DNA of 56,946 bases from positions 1 through 56,946 of the forward strand of contig BLSG01000236.1 of assembly GCA_012862495.1 (NCBI GenBank). Direction: 5' to 3'. This document shows, piece by piece, positions 24,093 through 35,398 of the stretch. The notes beneath the pieces were generated by a model. The model was not told the DNA's origin, did no database searches, and worked only from the letters and a program-made list of their open reading frames with translations. Position 1 is the first letter of the stretch. Every line of letters starts with the position of its first letter. Source of the stretch: Thraustochytrium aureum. Taxonomy: Eukaryota. A program made the translations under genes and the position numbers.

Positions 24093-24454
24093 TCGAGCCG
24101 GCTCAGCTTCATCACCGCCGCCCGCTGGGTGCACCAACGGAAACGTGTCGGCCATGCAAACCACATCAACTCCTTCAGGAACGGGTCAGGACAAGCCATT
24201 GTCGAGGCCCTCGCAGCTGGCCCTTGTCTGCCGGCTCGGCTGCGCAGCATTCCAAAGACCAAGGCGCCCTGGCTAGGCGAAAGCCAGCAGCAGCAGTTCC
24301 TTTCCACTGCGAAGACAAGCAGCGCGAGAGCTCTGCTCCCGTGAGCAGCGACTTGCGCTCCTTGCACCTGACATTCTTCGAGTTGCGGCCTTGCCACGCG
24401 CGAGCCGAGGCGCGCCAGGGCAAGAGTGCCGCATCGGCGAGCTCAGGCTCAACA

Positions 24455-27400
24455 ATGCAAAGCAAGAGCGATTCGTTCGGAAAGAAGAAAGCCTCCTTCA
24501 AGTCCGCTGCACCGATTGAAAACGAAGATGACGGCCTCTTTGACACAGTCACCCCATCCGACCGCCTGGAGAAGGTCGCCCATGGCGAGGAAAGCTTTTT
24601 CGATTGGCTCGAGAAGGTCTACGAGAGCACGCGGGAAGCCGCAGCCGGCGTGCTCATGCTCCTTTCTCGCGAGTGCAGCAAGTCCCACACGTCGGCCAAG
24701 CTCAGTATAGCTATCGAGGCCGTTCAGATGTATTCGTTCGCTCTGAGTCCTTTACTGAGCAGCGCCCTCGACGACGACGAATCCGACATGGCCAACCTGA
24801 TCTTCTACAGCGATGTGAGCAACATGATGGTCGCAGTGCTTGGGTACCCGCTGTGCGTCTGCCTTTGCATTGCGGTCGTTTTCGGGGTGCTCTGTAACGT
24901 CGCGTACGTTGGATACGGGTGGTCCAAGGCGTCTTTCAACGTTCTGTGGCCAATCAAGCTGCTGCGGTTCACAACGTCGGTCCTGATCGGCGTGGCATTC
25001 ATCCCGACCATTCAGATCTTTGCCGGGATGCAATCCTGTTCGAAATACCCAGAACTCCCGTGTGCTATCCTTGAGCCAGTGGTGATTACGTTGGCAACAT
25101 TCTACATTCTGCTTGCTCTGGCTATCGGCAGCACCTACTTTGACCCGCTCATCACGTCCGACTCGCCGCACGCGTGCGCGCACACCCGCATCACAGTGTT
25201 TCATGTTCTCGTCAAGATAGTGCTCTCTGCAATTCACGCCGCTTGGGGGCTCTTGGAGGTCCCGCCAGATGGCACCGCAGAAATTTTACGGCACCTCACG
25301 CTGGTCTCGCTATCGCTCGCGCTCGTCTACCTGTACGCGTGGTATCAGCCGTTTTACTCGCGGGCCATCAACGTCTATCACACTGTAGCGAACGCCGTTT
25401 TTGGCCTGGTTCTCGCTCGCCATGTTTGTGCGGCATCTCAAACTTGCGTCCACATTCGGGATGGCCCTCAGCATCAACGCTTCTTCGTACGATATGAGCT
25501 GTGCGCTCGCGCTTGGTGTCCTGCTGGTCGTTCCGCTGATGATGTTTGTCATAGATTACAGGGCGCGCAGCCTGCAGGACTGCAACATGTTCCAACTCAA
25601 GAACTCGTACGAGTTTGAGCTAAAAGTGCGCGGGTACCTCTTTGCAACGCACCCGAAGCTCAACAAGGCCATCGTTCGCAACAAGATCCATCCCGCAGGA
25701 AGGGCTGGCAGCCGGCCCCGCGCAGGCAATCTGGATTGGGTGCCGCTTTCTAGCGAGTCTGACCTCGCAAACCTCGTCGGCGGGGACGTGGACCAGGCCA
25801 CGGGGTTGGCTGCCGACTTTTTCGGCACTCTAGCGAACGGTGACCTGAACGAGACGGACGCTGACAGCGCGGAACTCGAGGAGAGGGAAGCCATCAACCT
25901 GCAGCGTCGGGTGCGGCGCTTGTTCGAAGTGGCTCGGGAGAATTTTGCCACCTCGGCGCAGATATGCATGTTTGAAATCTATTTCCTGCGGAGCTTTTAC
26001 GATCGCGAACGTGGCACGGTGCTGAGCCGCAACGCGGTGCTTCGCGCACAGCGCCGGAAACCGCTTTTCGATGTCGAGTTTGGGCTTCTTAAGCTTCGTT
26101 CCGAGCTGACGCGCAACGTCTCAACAGGAAAAGAGGTTGTTTCGTTTGTGGCCAGCGAGAAGTACGAGCGCGAAGGCAAGATGTACGACCGGCTCGCGTG
26201 CTGGCAGCTCCTTGAATTTTGGAAGGAGTTCGAGAGCAACTCGCCAAACATGGCCAAGGTGCAGACGCTCTCCAAGCTCGTCGCCGAGTACTCTGCAAAG
26301 GCACAAGTCGCGTATGCTCGCCTCNNNNNNNNNNNNNNNNNNNNNNNNNNNNNNNNNNNNNNNNNNNNNNNNNNNNNNNNNNNNNNNNNNNNNNNNNNNN
26401 NNNNNNNNNNNNNNNNNNNNNNNNNNNNNNNNNNNNNNNNNNNNNNNNNNNNNNNNNNNNNNNNNNNNNNNNNNNNNNNNNNNNNNNNNNNNNNNNNNNN
26501 NNNNNNNNNNNNNNNNNNNNNNNNNNNNNNNNNNNNNNNNNNNNNNNNNNNNNNNNNNNNNNNNNNNNNNNNNNNNNNNNNNNNNNNNNNNNNNNNNNNN
26601 NCCTGGCGCGCGCTGATGCTCTTGAGGAGGATCGATCATTCCGGGTTCAGGGCGAAAGGCGAGGCAACGCGCAAGGCCAGCACGGCGCTTCAGAGAGGGG
26701 CGAGGGCGGGCATGGGGAGAGGAAAGATGAAGGCACCAAAGCAAGTCTCAGCATGCTACGTCGCGTGGAGCCCGTGCTCATTTTCGAGATGAACGAGTCT
26801 GCCATGCGCGGCACGGGAATCGGCGAGATAACTTATGTGAATGAGGGTGCCAGCTTCGTCTTCAACAACGTGAGCCACAAGATCATCGGTCGCTCGGTAC
26901 AAGAGTATCTTTTGCCGCCGTTTTCGACCAACCTGCGGGCCATGCTGCACTACTTTTTCTCGGAGGGCTGGAACCCCATCTTCGGGCCCCACTTGGAGAC
27001 CTTCTTGCTCACTTCGCAGGGAACCTGCGTGGAGGTCTCGGTCAAGTTTTCCCCGTTCACCAGCAATGGGCTGGACTACACGATGTTTCTCTCCTTTGAG
27101 CCGACGCAGTCGCAGGGAGAGGGCTACCAGGAGGTACCCGACGAGGTGGAAGGTGGCGGCGAGGACGGGCCAAGAGCGCTTGACGGCCGCGACTCCACTC
27201 TGGAAAAGTCGATTGCTGGGTATTTTGTCTGCTCGGGCCCACAAAACGGTGCGATGGTCTTTGCTGCCTCCAGCGGCGGGCGCGACATTCTTGAAGAGTT
27301 TACCGAACATTTAGACCGGCGGAGCGACGTCCAGGCTGCCAAGTTGCAGATGGGGGACATCGTGAGCGACTACCTCATTAAGCGCAAGTCGCTGCTACGC

Positions 27401-29890
27401 GCTGGCGAAGCCGGCGTGGTGTGCCAGCTTGGCAAGCTGCGCCCAACGTGGGCCGACGCCGGGGTCCAGGGACGGATGTTCCTCAAGGAGCTCAACTACG
27501 AAGGATTCATCGTGGACAAAGTCATCGTCAAGATCTCTGTCGCGCCGCCAGAGACGCGCGAGGGGGCGCACACGCCGCAACCAGACAGCGCAAACAGCGA
27601 CGTCGACTCGGTTCTTCCTCCTGGGACTCCGACGAGCTCAAGCGACGAAGCAGGCAGTGGCGAGTACATGATGCAGCAAGCTGCTGACGACGTTGTAATG
27701 CCGAGACTAGCTGAACCGACGTCGCTCAACGCTTCGATGAACATGCGCGGGATCCCCGAGCGGGAGACCCGTCGTGTCGGGCGAGCCGCCTCGGTTCGAT
27801 CGAGCGGCACTGATGGAACCGACACGACGGGCGCGTCGACTGCGAGCGCCGCCGCCAGCTATCTGCGCAAACGACTTCAGCTCGAGGGGACGGGCAAGCG
27901 CGCGTCTCCAATGTTGCGGCACTTGCGCGTGGTCTATCTCGGGACGCTGTCTGCTGTCGTATCTTTTGCGGCGACGTACTATGTAATGCAGGAAACCAGC
28001 ATAGACAGGTATGCGGAGGAGGTGGCGTTCCTCAACAAAGCTGGCTTTCGCCGCTTCAACGCCGTGTCCATCGCGTACTGCGTTCACGCGCTATACCTGA
28101 TGAACAAGGGATTCTCTCTGCCGCCCTCGATTACAGAGGCGTCGCTTCGCGCGGACCTCGTGCTCAACGCAAACTCCCTGCGCGACATCGAGAAGACCTC
28201 TTTTGAGTGGCGCGAGTCGGACGCGCTGATTACGGCGTACTACAACGGCAAGGGGACGCCTGTCCGGGTCTACGACCCGTTCTCGGACACGTCCGCGAAC
28301 GAGCTCAAGGCCTTGTATGACGCCACTTCGGTAATCACGGGCGCAGCGCTCCAGCTCGCGGAGCAGCCGCTCGAGGTTTTTGAGCTTGACAACCCGTCGG
28401 TTTACTTGACGCTGACGCACATCCACGGCGAATTCAGCTACCTGCAGCACATCAACGAGACCACCTTTCTCTTTCAGGAGCTCGCGGAGAACCGCATTCA
28501 AGGGCTCGTGCCCATCTTTATCGCCTCGCTGTCGTCGTCGCTCGTTTTGCAGGTCTTGCTTCTAGGTTGCCTCGTGTGGCCGCTCGTTGGGAGGGTGGAA
28601 CGCAACAAAGTCGAGGTCTTGCACGTTCTCCGGTCGATCCCGTCCACGTCAATCGACATGATCGCAGAGAGGTGCAAGCAGCGCCTCTGCGCGGTGCACG
28701 AAGTGGCGGCCGAGGTGATTGAGGGTCGCTGGGGAGCGCCTATTAAGGCCCCTCCGCGGATGCGTCGCACTTCAGGCACTTCCAGACGCCACTTTTTGGC
28801 AATCTCCGGGAAGGGCGACGCCAACGAGTCGTGCAGAAAGCGAGCCTTACGGAGGCTGAGCCGCCTCTTCAGCTGCTGCTGCTTTCGCTCGCGTAGGTCA
28901 GCAGGGGCTGTCTCTGTCGTGTCTGCTGAAGTCGCTGCCCTAGACACTCTGCGAGAGACGAAACGGCAGAAGGAGGCCTCTGCCAAGAAGCGCAAGGCCC
29001 TCGACCTCTCTGACGAGATCCTCGACGTTTACTCTCAGCTTCGCGTCGTGGGGCGGATGGCTTTGCCGGGCGGCGTAGCGCTTCTGTTCTATCTCCTCAA
29101 CTACGGGCTTGGCTTTTACATCCACCTCGACTACCTCCTTCGTGTTCCGCAGTCCGTCAACTTTTCGGGCCTTCGCCGAGCCACGCTGCGCCTGGTGCGG
29201 CACACTCTGTTTCTGTTTCTGGCCAACACGCACTTTACCTCGGAGCCCTCATTTCGAGTTGACGCCGCCAACGTGAGCAAAACCATGAGCATGTTTTACC
29301 ACGTCAACTCTGTCCTCTTTGACGGCACGAGCGACTACGCAGGCCTGCTGCACGCAAGCGCCCGCGACGACGACCAGATCACGTTGTTGCTCGTGGACGG
29401 ATGTTTTGGGTGGAAATCGAGGGATGGCAAGTTCCCGTCGCTCGAGGAGTGCCAGTCGTTTTCCAGCGCGGTCATGTCTGGGGGTGTCAAGCCGGCCACT
29501 TTTGAATTCCTGCAGATTGTGGCGACTCGGCTCGCGGAGATCGACCGGGATGCGACGCCGCACTCCGCGCTGTTTTCGGACCCCCAGCTTAACGTTGCCC
29601 TCACCCTGGAAGCGGGCTACCTCCAGAACCAGTTCATAGCATCGGTGGAGTTCTACGTGCGGGAGGTAACGTCGCGGTTGTCGGCAGACGCAGTGGTGCG
29701 CACCTTGCTTCTCAGCGCCTACTTGGTCTGCACAGCGGGTCTCTACCTTTTCGTTGTGCGCGGCATCATCCGCTCTCTGGACAACGAGCTCAAGCGCACG
29801 CGCAAGCTCCTGCTCATGGTCCCCGAGGAGCTATACCCCAAGGTGCCGGCCCTGCGCGCCTTTTTGTCCAAGGAGTTCCGCCGTACCTGA
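24455..29890 (+). CDS. TmcB/TmcC-like multi-pass PAS-domain membrane protein, paralog 2
   Basis: Collinear with paralog 1: ACAHTRI, AWYQPFY, N.YEFELKVR, ERGTVLSR, FLNKAGFRRFNAVSIAYCVHAL (identical), VPQSVN.SGLRRATLR, LD.ELKRTR.LLLMVPE. ATG at 24455, frame break in a T-run near 25400, gap 26325-26601, TGA at 29888-29890. Confidence 0.8.
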
Positions 29891-29918
29891 TGAGCGAGCA
29901 GGCCATCACGGTCGTTTC

Positions 29919-30033
29919 GGGCCCACGTCGTAAGGCATTCATAGCCTATTCATTCGTCAGGCTCTTCGCCGTCTTGCGATTTTGGGCCCACGTCGTAAGG
30001 CATTCGTCAGGCTCTTCGCCGTCTTGCGATTTT
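29919..30033 (+). repeat. Tandem duplication of a 50-nt unit; the first copy has a 15-nt insertion
   Basis: gggcccacgtcgtaaggcattc[atagcctattcattc]gtcaggctcttcgccgtcttgcgatttt is followed by the same unit without the bracketed insert. Confidence 0.9.
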
Positions 30034-30581
30034 GGCGGTGATTGCTGTTCCTTCGGGGCCGGCCTGGTGGCTTCTGTCGCGCGCAGGAACGCCAGGCGGC
30101 CCAGTCTCTCTCTACCTTAGAGTGCTTCTAAATGTCTGTCGTCCTTGAGCCGCTTTGCCTCGCCATGTGCCGACGGCAGCTTGGCATCCCCATCAGCGCG
30201 GCAACTGCGACGCCGACGAACTGGAGAAGACGGCGCCTGATGGCCTACCGGTAGTCGAGGNNNNNNNNNNNNNNNNNNNNNNNNNNNNNNNNNNNNNNNN
30301 NNNNNNNNNNNNNNNNNNNNNNNNNNNNNNNNNNNNNNNNNNNNNNNNNNNNNNNNNNNNNNNNNNNNNNNNNNNNNNNNNNNNNNNNNNNNNNNNNNNN
30401 NNNNNNNNNNNNNNNNNNNNNNNNNNNNNNNNNNNNNNNNNNNNNNNNNNNNNAACAGTCACTTTTCATCGCGTCCGCCGCCGCGCCTGGGTATTTTACC
30501 AGCGGCCTGTTCGCCCCCGGACCGACAGGCGCCCGTCGCGCTGCTGCCGCGCGCTGGCTACCGCGCGCTGGCTGGCCCGCT

Positions 30582-30621
30582 AGCTGGCTGGCTGGCTGGC
30601 TGGCTGGCTTGCTTGCTTGCT
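30582..30621 (+). repeat. (GCTG/GCTT)n microsatellite upstream of the Mtc2-like gene
   Basis: gctggctggctggctggctggctggcttgcttgcttgct. Confidence 0.85.
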
Positions 30622-30749
30622 GCAGTGTGCGCAAGCTGCTGCCGATTCAGCGCTGAAAGCCTCACGGACCGGCGGGCACGCTGGCTGGCGCGCAGGCCAG
30701 CTGGTAGAGCGGCAGGCCACTTGCTGGCGGCGAGGGCCACCCGCCTCGA

Positions 30750-32368
30750 ATGGAGCAAGACGGTCCGGCAGCGGGCCAAGCGGGCGGAGGGACGGGTCGC
30801 GCCGCTGAGAACCATGCGGCGGCAAGCAAGGTCCCCGTAGTGTGGAAGCAACACCCAGACGCGTACCTTTCGTGGGCGCTCGCGCTGTGCAACCTGACGG
30901 AAGGGCACCTGTTTGTCGACCTGCTGCCCCCGACCGCCCAGATGTTTCATTTGGCTCCGGACGAGACAGACGCCATTGGCCTGCAGGTCGAAGCAGCCGC
31001 CAGAGAATACCTGAATACGAAGCACGTGGTGCGCGTCGTCTGCGAGCGAGAGATGACTCCCGATTTCTTCTACTCTTTGTTGGCCAGCAACTTGCACCAG
31101 CTCAACCCTCTTCAACAAGTACAACAAGGGTCGCGCGACGAGGGCGAGGCCCGAACGCAGGGCAAGCGGCGAGCCGACCCGGCGGCCAGTTTGCAGCAGG
31201 GTGCGACCGCGGCGCCAGCGCTCGGTTCGGCAAAGGCAAAGCTTGATCGGCAGCGCGCGGGCTTTGGGACTGGCGCCAAGAAAGGCACCGGAAAGAAACA
31301 GGGCGGCGGGTCCAATGCTAGACAAAACCCTCCCCAGACGACGCCGGATCCGTTTGTGCTGATTTTGCAGGACCTGGAGGAGCTGACGCACGAGACCCAA
31401 ATGGCACTAGTGGAGGTCCTTACCAAGAAGACTATGCCGGTCTCGTTTGCCTCCACCCATTTCGGTCTTGGACTCAGCGCTGCGTCGTCTGTCCTCGTGC
31501 CGGGTCTCTTTGAGATAAAGGCGCCTCACATCGTGGTGGGACTGTCCACAAGCTTGCAGGTGCCGTCTTTCGAGTACTCGGCTAACATGCCGCTTCAGAA
31601 CGGCTTTCCACGCTCGAACGCGGCCCAAGGAAGCCAGTTGGCTCCTGTCCTGCTCGAATCATTCTTGTTGCGCATCCCCATCGAAATGCCGCACCGCGCA
31701 GAGATAGCAAATCTCGGCTACGCTCCGCAGGGCCGCGCCGAGGGCGACGAGGACGATGAGCCGTACGCTGGCGGGGCGCTGAACGTCACCGGTCACAGGG
31801 ACGGAGCCTCGATTGAGGGGTCGCTAGGCGCCCAGGTCTCCCGGGCAGGCAGGCGGCCGCCCCGACCAACGCGCGGCGCGTTCTGCTGTGGCCGCGAGCA
31901 GGCTCCACAGCGCAGGTGGGGCATTTGATGATTCCCCTACCAGGGGAGGAAGCTCCGAAGCCGTTTCGGCTGTGTAAGTGCGACCGTGGCAACATTAAGG
32001 AGAACATTGCAAACGTGCGGCTCTCGGTCGAAATGGAGACGCACTTGAGCAATATAATCACGGCGCTTCGGATGCACCCTTTCGTGCTCTCTGGACCTTC
32101 AACGAGAGCGTACGGATTGTTGCAAATGTGCGTTCGCGCTGAGGCATGGTTGGTGAACAGCGCGTACTTTGCAATTCCCGCAGATGTCGTCGAGGTGGTT
32201 GTCGAGGTCCTCGCGCATCAGATCGTGCTTTCGTTTTCTGCGTTTCCGCAGGCCGTGAATGGAATGGAGTCGGCGCAGGCTTCGCATCCCAAGGACTGGC
32301 ATCCACTTACGGCTGCGCGGTACGTTGTGGCGCAGACGGTGCAGTATTTCGTGCCGCCGCCGAGGTAG
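30750..32368 (+). CDS. MoxR/ChlI-type AAA+ lid-domain protein with a degenerate ATPase (fungal Mtc2-like)
   Basis: Walker-B-like strand FVLILQDLEELTHETQMALVEVL, LAPVLLESFLLRI, and a lid domain NVRLSVEMETHLSNIITALRMHP...GPSTRA...FAIPADV...VLAHQI ending VPPPR. No GxxGxGK Walker A. The frame changes at about 31836-31915 (intron or indel). Confidence 0.6.
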
Positions 32369-32700
32369 CTCACTCGCTAGAGCTAGCTAGCTCTAGAGAG
32401 AGGCGTCGGTTTGTCTGTACATAGGCCTGCTCGGTTGATCGCGCGCGCTCAAAACAAAAGCAAAAAAAGAAAACGAAGAAAAAGGTTGTTGTTCGAGCTG
32501 CTTCGCTGCGCCGTTTAGCCCTGGACCCGTCTATCGATAGTGAGAGAGCGATTGGTTTTCGCTTTGGTGCCTCGCTCACGGGGTGCGCCAGAGTTTAGCC
32601 CCGGGGATACTCACGGCTCTGATTGGGCTCGCCATGATGCAGACGAAGGAACCAAGCCGCCGATCGACATCCCCTGGTTCGCGTACACAAGCAAACCCAG

Positions 32701-33294
32701 CTACTGCTGCGACGCAGGGGGTGTTGCTTTCTCCGCAGCGGCCTCTGCCGCCGCCTTTTCCTCAGCAGCCAATGCCTTTTCTGCGGCCTTGGCTTTCGCA
32801 TCCGCCTCGGCCTGCACTGCAAGAAACGCGTCGTATTTGGCCATGACCTCATCCATGTTGAGCTCAACCTTGGATTTGGCGACCAACTCCTCGATCTCTT
32901 GTTCGTCCCTATGCGCTTTGAGCTCGGCCTCGATTTGGTCGCGGAGCGACGCGATCCGGTTTCCCATCTTGTAGCTAAGCGAGCGCTCGGCAATCACGGT
33001 TTTCAGACGCGCCATGGACTTTTTCACCTTGATAATGCGCTCGGGGTTGGCCAGCTGCGTGCCCATGGCCTTGGCGAGTTTTTTCTCCGTCAGGAGCATG
33101 TTCTTCTCCTTGAGCATCACGTACCAGAGCTTGTGCAGGTCATCGTGGCTCTTGAGTCGCAGCTCGCTAGCGCGCCACGCGCGGCCGACACGTTTGGCGC
33201 CCGCGTCTGCGCTGCCTGACCTGTCGAAGAACTCCTCCAGTCCGCGGAGGCCGGCGCGGCCCGCGCGGCCGCCCACCGCGAGGCGCCGCAGCAT
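32701..33294 (-). CDS. MRPL47: Mitochondrial ribosomal protein uL29m (L47)
   Basis: Arg-rich presequence MLRRLAVGGRAGRAGLRGLEEFF, then GRAWRASELRLKSHDDLHKLWYVMLKEKNMLLTE and ERIIKVKKSMARLKTVIAER. Confidence 0.93.
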   Translation of the reverse strand: MLRRLAVGGRAGRAGLRGLEEFFDRSGSADAGAKRVGRAWRASELRLKSHDDLHKLWYVMLKEKNMLLTEKKLAKAMGTQLANPERIIKVKKSMARLKTVIAERSLSYKMGNRIASLRDQIEAELKAHRDEQEIEELVAKSKVELNMDEVMAKYDAFLAVQAEADAKAKAAEKALAAEEKAAAEAAAEKATPPASQQ

Positions 33295-33825
33295 GTCGTC
33301 GGCACCCCGCAGGTCTGGCTCCCCTCCCGCTAGTCTGCGCGCCTCTCCGCCCTCCCGCTGCCGCTCCTTGCCGCCGCCCGCTCCGCCTCTGCCGCGCGCA
33401 CGTCGCTCCACCACAAGCGCCCCGACTCGGAGAAAACCACGCGCGAACAGAACGAGCACAGAGAACGAAACGAACGAAAGAACATTTCCCTTGGCGCGCC
33501 GCGGTGCTGCTGGGCTAGTGTAGGGAGCAAAGCGAACTAAAGAGCAAAGAACAAATGGACCTTCGCGCGTCTGAACTGAGGTCTGAGGAGGACGATGCGA
33601 TGATTGATTGTTTCATGAACATCATGAACAATTGATTTGAGCGAGAGTGTACGAAGGAGGCCGCGCAGGATACATCCGCCGTTGGCCCGGAGAGGACGCG
33701 CTGCTGCCGCCGCCGGTGCGTACCGGTACTGTAGGGGGCTGTGGGAGTGCGCCCGCCGTGGGGCCTTCTGACGGCCGGCCGCGGAAGGTGGTGCACAGGG
33801 AGCGCCCCCAACACCAGAGTTCAGA

Positions 33826-35398
33826 ATGGAGGCCAGGAAAAGTCGCTGCGAAGTCGTCGGCTGCCCGAACCCCTCGCGTTGGGGCGAAAGCGCGGGCATG
33901 CCAAGACGGTGGTGCAAAGCGCATCGCCCTGAAGGAGCGTGCAAGTGGAGAAAGCTTTGCATCGAGCCGGGCTGTGGGTTGTTCCCAGCGTTTGGATTTC
34001 CGAACGCCAGCGCAAAGTGGTGCAAGGCGCACGCCCCCAGCGGCACAGCAAACGTCGTGAACTCCCGCTGTGAAATCGCTGGATGCACAAAGTTCGTCCA
34101 GTGCAGCGAAGGCAAAGGCCTCCCGAAGCGCTGGTGCATGAGACACCGCCCGCCAGGCGCGTACAAGAGCCAAATGCGGTGCATTGCAAAGGGCTGCAGT
34201 AAAAGTCCTTCATTTGGCCCCCCAAAGGGCAGTAGAACGTGGTGCACAGAGCACGCTCCGGATGGAGCAGTTAATGTTGTTACAAGCCACTGCGAAATCG
34301 TCGGCTGCACAAGCCTCTCGCGTTGGAGCGAGAGCGCGGGCATGCCAAAACGGTGGTGCAACGCGCATCGTCCAGAAGGGGCGTACAAGTGGAAGAAGCC
34401 TTGCGCGGAGCCGGGCTGTGAGTTACTACCAGGGTTTGGCTTTCCGAACGGCACCGCAACGTGGTGCAAGTCACATGCCCCTGATAAAGCGGTTAACCTC
34501 AAGATCCGCTACTGCGACGTCGCGAACTGCAACAAGCTCGGCGAAGCGCACCGAGAAAACGGGCGGCCTTGTGAGACGATTGTGCAGGATACATCACCAA
34601 AGCGGAGCTGCTACGAATGAAAAGGCAAGCGCAGCGGCAGGCTCCGCAAAGGATCCATTTCCTGTTATGATTGAGACGGTTATTGCTGAGGACTGCGCGA
34701 CGTGGCGCGAGGCCACCGTCCCTGAGGGTGCAATTGCGGACGTTGTGGGCCCGCGCTGCGAACCCATGGGCTGGGCTAGCCGGTCACTTTGCCAAGAAGG
34801 CATTGTTCAGTTGCGCAAGCGATCGGTCAACACCCACAGCCCTGCCAGCGCTGAAGCGCTGAGACGCGTCGCTGCAGAGGAGGCCGCATTCGTCCCGGAG
34901 AACGGCTACGCAGGGGAGGGGGTTTGCAACAGGGCCAACGTCTGTACAGACGGGGAAATGTGCGACAAGGCATTCGACTACGTAGAGGAGGAGAGATGCG
35001 CCAAAGCGAACGACTGCGCAGCAAAGGGGGTTCGCGAGAAAGCGGACGGCCTCAGAGATGAGGAGAGATGCGACGAAGAGAACGACCACGCAGAGGAGGA
35101 GACAAGCGACGAGTCAAACAACTCTGCGAAAGTGGAGAGTCGCTTGGACGCGAACGGCCGCGCAGAGATTTCAAGGTTTGCGGGAGATTTCGTGTGCGAG
35201 GTCTCCGGGTGCACGAACGGGGCATGGCGTCGCTCGCCCGAGAGCTTTCCGCTCAAGTGGTGTGAAATGCACGTGCCAGAGTCGTTCTGCCAAAGGGATC
35301 TGAAGCGAAGACGGCGAGGCCGACATGGCACTGACAGGCCCGCAAAACTCGCCCGTAGCTTGCAAGCTGAGGCGGCCATTGCGCAAGTTGCAAAATAG
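33826..35398 (+). CDS. EsV-1-7-like cysteine-rich repeat protein
   Basis: Six 37-aa C-x4-C-x16/15-C-x2-H units (e.g. CIAKGCSKSPSFGPPKGSRTWCTEHAPDGAVNVVTSH). A seventh unit is restored by a one-base shift near 34540 (CDVANCNK..AKRTEKTGGLVRRLCRIH). An acidic spacer and a final unit CEVSGC...WCEMH follow. Confidence 0.75.

Noticed and set aside
23795..24454. 220-codon in-frame upstream extension of TmcB-like paralog 2
   Set aside because: It starts at a non-ATG codon, has non-coding-like composition and has no counterpart in paralog 1. The ATG at 24455 has good context.
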